In this document: piece by piece, positions 21,964-25,481 of the stretch | Layout of the letters: each line of letters starts with the position of its first letter | Position numbering within the stretch: the stretch's first letter is position 1 | Assembly (NCBI GenBank): GCA_026026165.1 | Contig: JAPEUD010000094.1 | Coordinates: 62,001 to 87,481 of the forward strand | Source: Sarea resinae | Taxonomy: Eukaryota | Direction of reading: 5' to 3' | Length of the DNA stretch: 25,481 nucleotides | Position numbers and translations under genes: made by a program | The notes under the pieces: model-generated | Told to the model about the DNA's origin: nothing | Database searches by the model: none | The model's input: only the letters and a program-made list of their open reading frames with translations

Positions 21964-22728
21964 ATGGTACCAATCGTTCACTGCGTTCGCCACGGGCAAG
22001 GCTTTCATAACCTGGGAGCTGGATTTTACTCCCTTCGAGATCCCCGCCTCACTCCTCTGGGTGAAGAGCAGTGTAAAACTCTCCGAAACACCTCCTTCCC
22101 AGACCAGTCGAATATCTCGCTCATCACTGCCTCTCCACTTTGCCGAACACTTCATACCGCATTCCTGACATTCAGCCCGGCTCTCACGTCCGACAGCAAG
22201 TGCTCACCTCAAATTCTCGCCCTCCCGGATGCCCAAGAAACCTCCGATGAACCATGCGACATAGGCTCTGACCCATCCGTACTCCGCGGCCTCGTAGCCG
22301 AGAACAACTGGCCCGTCGACCTCTCCTTCATCAAGGATGGCTGGAACATCAAGACCCTAGAGAGTCGCTACAGCCCGCACAGTAGCGCCATCCAGGCCCG
22401 TGCCCGTGACGCTCGGATCCTTCTGCGCCAGAAAATTCGCGAGCTGGTTAGCAACGGCGATATAGACGCCCAAGTTATCCTGGTCACGCACGGAGGCTAC
22501 TTACACTATTTCACCGATGATTGGGAGGACTCGTATCAATATCCCGGTACAGGCTGGCATAATTGCGAAACCAGGTCCTACGTTTTCAAGGAGGATTTCA
22601 TGGCGGACGTAGACAGGGAGGCGAGACTGATTGAGACGATAGAGAGTCGGCAGAAACGAGGCAAGATGTATCCCATGTATGGAAGGGAGAAACAGCCCGA
22701 GTTGTTTAAGATAGGAATGCAACACTAG
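21964..22728 (+). CDS. Histidine phosphatase / phosphoglycerate-mutase family protein, probably C-terminally truncated
   Basis: Catalytic VRHGQGFHN, DPRLTPLG..Q, ASPLCRT, QE and LVTHGG motifs. The TAG stop lies at the RIP boundary and the frame continues ESQGLQRPD... to TAA at 22794. Confidence 0.9.
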   Translation: MVPIVHCVRHGQGFHNLGAGFYSLRDPRLTPLGEEQCKTLRNTSFPDQSNISLITASPLCRTLHTAFLTFSPALTSDSKCSPQILALPDAQETSDEPCDIGSDPSVLRGLVAENNWPVDLSFIKDGWNIKTLESRYSPHSSAIQARARDARILLRQKIRELVSNGDIDAQVILVTHGGYLHYFTDDWEDSYQYPGTGWHNCETRSYVFKEDFMADVDREARLIETIESRQKRGKMYPMYGREKQPELFKIGMQH

Positions 22729-22794
22729 GAGAGTCAAGGACTACAACGACCTGATAGTATAGAAACAGTACTAGATTCAACTTTAAATGTATAA

Positions 22795-23614
22795 TTAGAG
22801 ATCTTAGAAGTAGTACTTAGGTGTCTAAGGGGTATATGCTATAACTGCAGGTAGATTAAGACCCTGTTATAACAGTACTATTTATAGTTCTCAGACCTCC
22901 TACAAGCGTTACTACATTAGCAAAAATGTAAAATGCTTTATACACATATAGTATTACAACATAAGATTCTATACTAACTTTCTAATGTTCTTATTTACTA
23001 TGTATTTTTATGTTGCTACTATATAGCTTTATAATGCTACATATCATGTAGTAATACTTTATAAGAATTCGCTAAATTGCTTATATAAGCGAAAAATTAA
23101 GCAAAATTTTAGCGAAAGTAGCCCTAGTGCTATAGGCATTAACGCTATAACTTCCTAAATAGGAAATTATAAAAATTCATGAAAATTCACTTTATAATTA
23201 GTTAGCGCCTACCCTATAGCCTACCCTATAGCCCTATAGGCTAGGCATGCTAGAACTACCTATAAGTGCTAAGTTTGCAAAGTTGCACTAGTAGCATAAA
23301 CCAGTCACTAGAGTATGTACCTACCTAGTATATACCTTGCATTATAGGCTTCTAGAGCTATTAGGAGTACTTAAGTGCCTAGAGAGTATATCCTATAACT
23401 AGTTTAAGACTGTCTTATAATAGTATTAATAGTTCTAAAACCTTCTATAGGTGTTGTAATAGTGTTGTTACTGTGTTAAATGTTTTTAAGGTCTTAAGAC
23501 AATGTTACTATAGGTAGGTTTAGTACTACTGTTATAGTCTTAACACCTTCTATAGGTGTTGTAATAGTTGTTACAGTGTTAAACTTTTTTAGGTCTTAAG
23601 ACTCTGTTACTATA
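22795..23614. repeat. RIP-degraded unclassified repeat, including an imperfect ~105-bp-period direct repeat
   Basis: AT/TpA-rich. ACCTTCTATAGGTGTTGTAATAG...GGTCTTAAGAC..TGTTACTATA occurs at 23440-23512 and 23545-23614. CCTACCCTATAG occurs twice in tandem at ~23208-23231. Confidence 0.6.
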
Positions 23615-23718
23615 TATTAGAATTATAACCTTTATTCTAGTTACTCTTAAGTATCTAGACTGTTAGAATTATAACCTTAATTCTAGTCACTCTTAAGTAT
23701 CTAGACTGTTACAGAATG
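23615..23718 (+). repeat. Two tandem 5'-end fragments (46 bp and 58 bp) of the same Copia LTR, oriented opposite to the adjacent LTR
   Basis: 23661-23719 is the exact reverse complement of 24180-24238. 23615-23660 is a more mutated copy of the first 46 bp. Confidence 0.85.
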
Positions 23719-24238
23719 TGTTAGAAGGTAGCACAAAGATATAAGTAGAGAAAGGTGCTAAAGAAGTATAGTATAGAATGATTATATATTGTGAATTTAG
23801 AGATTCTAGCTATAGAGGTGTAAGGCAGTCAATATATAGACTTGACTGACTTACTAGAAACTTCTAGTGATGACTAATTACATGAGTGATTTGTAAGCAA
23901 TAGGCTGACAATAACATATGCTTTGTAAGAAAGTTAGGAGATAGTTGTGTAACCCTTATATCATAGAGTTCTATAGATATCTAAGGGATTCTATAGACTT
24001 CTAGACAGTTCTAGAACATTCTAGAGAGTTCTAGAAGGTTCTAGATACTTAGTCAGCATATAGTGATGCTTAGTCAGCATACCTATAGAGTCTTCTAGAA
24101 TGTTCTATAAGATTCTATAGAGTTCTATTAGCTTCTATAGGTCTATAGAAGCTTCTAGATGTATCTATACTGTTGTGTGACATTCTGTAACAGTCTAGAT
24201 ACTTAAGAGTGACTAGAATTAAGGTTATAATTCTAACA
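23719..24238 (-). repeat. 3' LTR (520 bp) of the Copia element
   Basis: TGTTAGAA...TTCTAACA termini. Preceded on the minus strand by the PPT AAGGGGGTG (24239-24247). Internal ~10-bp TTCTAGA/TTCTATAG repeats and CTTAGTCAGCATA twice. Confidence 0.85.
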
Positions 24239-25481
24239 CACCCCCTTAAGCTTAATTCTATAGGATAGGTATGCAATTTAGAACACCTATAGAACTTGGC
24301 TTTTTGTAACAGTTGCTATAGGTACGCAGTTTTATGCACCTATAGAACTTGCACCTATAGAACTTGTTTGTTCTTTAGGTGTAGGCTGTATCTGAATAGC
24401 CTTTAGGACTTCTAGCCACTTTTGAGTGCTAAGTGGCTTAGTAAAGCTATCTGCTAGTTGACTAGCTGTAGGTATATAATTCAGGTGAATTATATTCTTT
24501 TAATAGTTGTCTCTAACAAAGTGATATTGTATATCAATATGCTTTGTTTTTTGATAAAACATTGGATTTTTTGCGAGTTCTATAGCAGAAAGGCTGTTAG
24601 TGTATATAGCCTTAGAATCCTCTATGCTAATATTGTTTTTTAGCAAAGGGATTTGCTTGATTAGAGAATTTATATATAAATTCTCTTTTATAGCCTCTTT
24701 TAGGGCTATGTATTCTGCTTTATAAGAGCTTAGAGCAATTGTTTTTTGCAGTTTAGAATTCTAGGAAACTATGTTATTATCTAGTAGAAAAACATAGCCT
24801 GTTGTAGATTTTCTGCTATAATCTCCTCTCTAGTCTGAATCGCAATAACCTAGGAGTTTTAGGCCTTTTTGTTGTGATTTAGACTAATAGATAAGACTAT
24901 AGTCTTTTGTATAGACAAGGTACTGCTAGATCCTATCTAGGGATTTAAAATGCAGCTCGCTAGGATTTTGCATAAATCTAGCACATAGATTTACTGCATA
25001 GGCTAGATCAGGTCTAGAAATAATAGTTAGGTAGATTAGACTACCTATTTCCCTTTGATATTGTTTAATATCTTTAGGGTTTGCTTGTAGACTGTTTCTA
25101 TCTAACTTTACACCACCTATAGAAGGTGTTGTTATAGGCTTTAGGCCTAATTTGTTGAATTTTGTTAATAAATTAGTAATAAAAGCCTTCTGATTTAGAG
25201 TAATCCTTCTATTAGGTCTATCTCTAGAGATTTCTATCCCTAGATAGAATTTTATAGCCTCTAGATTAGAGATCTCTAGGTGCTTAGAGAGGTCTTTATA
25301 GAGACTATTTATACTATTAGCTGATTTGCTAAATAGCAAAATGTTGTCTATATATGTAGTGATTATTATATCCTCTCTAATATAGATAGAGCTATCTGCT
25401 AGGATTGTTTTAAATCCTATTTTTATAAGTAAATTCTTTAGGTGAATTTCCCACTGTCTAGCAGCTTGTTTTAAGCTATAT
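23719..25481 (-). mobile_element. RIP-inactivated Ty1/Copia LTR retrotransposon, 3' part (RT, RNase H, PPT, LTR)
   Basis: RT YIDN (YVDD relic) 25343-25354, FYLGIEI, YQREIGSLIYL..SRPDLAYAV. RNase H GYCDSD*RGD..RKSTTGYVF, TIALSSYKAEYIAL, KTKHIDIQYHF and QLADSFTKPL. RNase H is the last domain before the PPT, which is the Copia order. Confidence 0.95.

Noticed and set aside
23960..24160. CRISPR-like short repeat array
   Set aside because: These are degenerate ~10-bp TTCTAGA units inside a fungal LTR, with no spacers and no cas genes.
23661..24238. DNA transposon or MITE with 59-bp TIRs
   Set aside because: The right end is preceded by a Copia PPT and an LTR terminus TGTTAGAA exists at 23719, so it is explained as nested LTR pieces.
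24458..24643. 61-aa plus-strand ORF
   Set aside because: Antisense to the Copia RNase H relic; a chance ORF.

Overview
Filamentous-ascomycete genomic DNA. A ~15 kb GC-balanced gene island (~7.6-22.8 kb) sits between AT-rich, TpA-enriched transposon blocks whose damage matches repeat-induced point mutation (RIP). Left block: a minus-strand Ty3/Gypsy LTR retrotransposon (gag zinc knuckle, protease, RT, RNase H, integrase and 5' LTR). Its primer-binding site is ~50 nt of a tRNA. It appears inserted into the 3' region of a second, plus-strand LTR element, which carries a RIP-damaged, intron-containing antisense gene for a Zn2Cys6-like protein. Island: a 201-bp element with perfect 27-bp terminal inverted repeats; a secreted ML/NPC2-like lipid-binding protein; a Zn2Cys6 transcription factor divergent from a DHA1 MFS transporter; an Acr-2-like Zn2Cys6 factor convergent with an Atr1/Amf1-like MFS transporter; a cryptic spliced minus-strand locus; and a histidine phosphatase (PGM family) apparently clipped by RIP leakage. 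Right block: RIP-degraded repeats, stacked LTR-end fragments and the 3' part of a minus-strand Ty1/Copia element. All calls come from manual reading and translation; no database searches were run.
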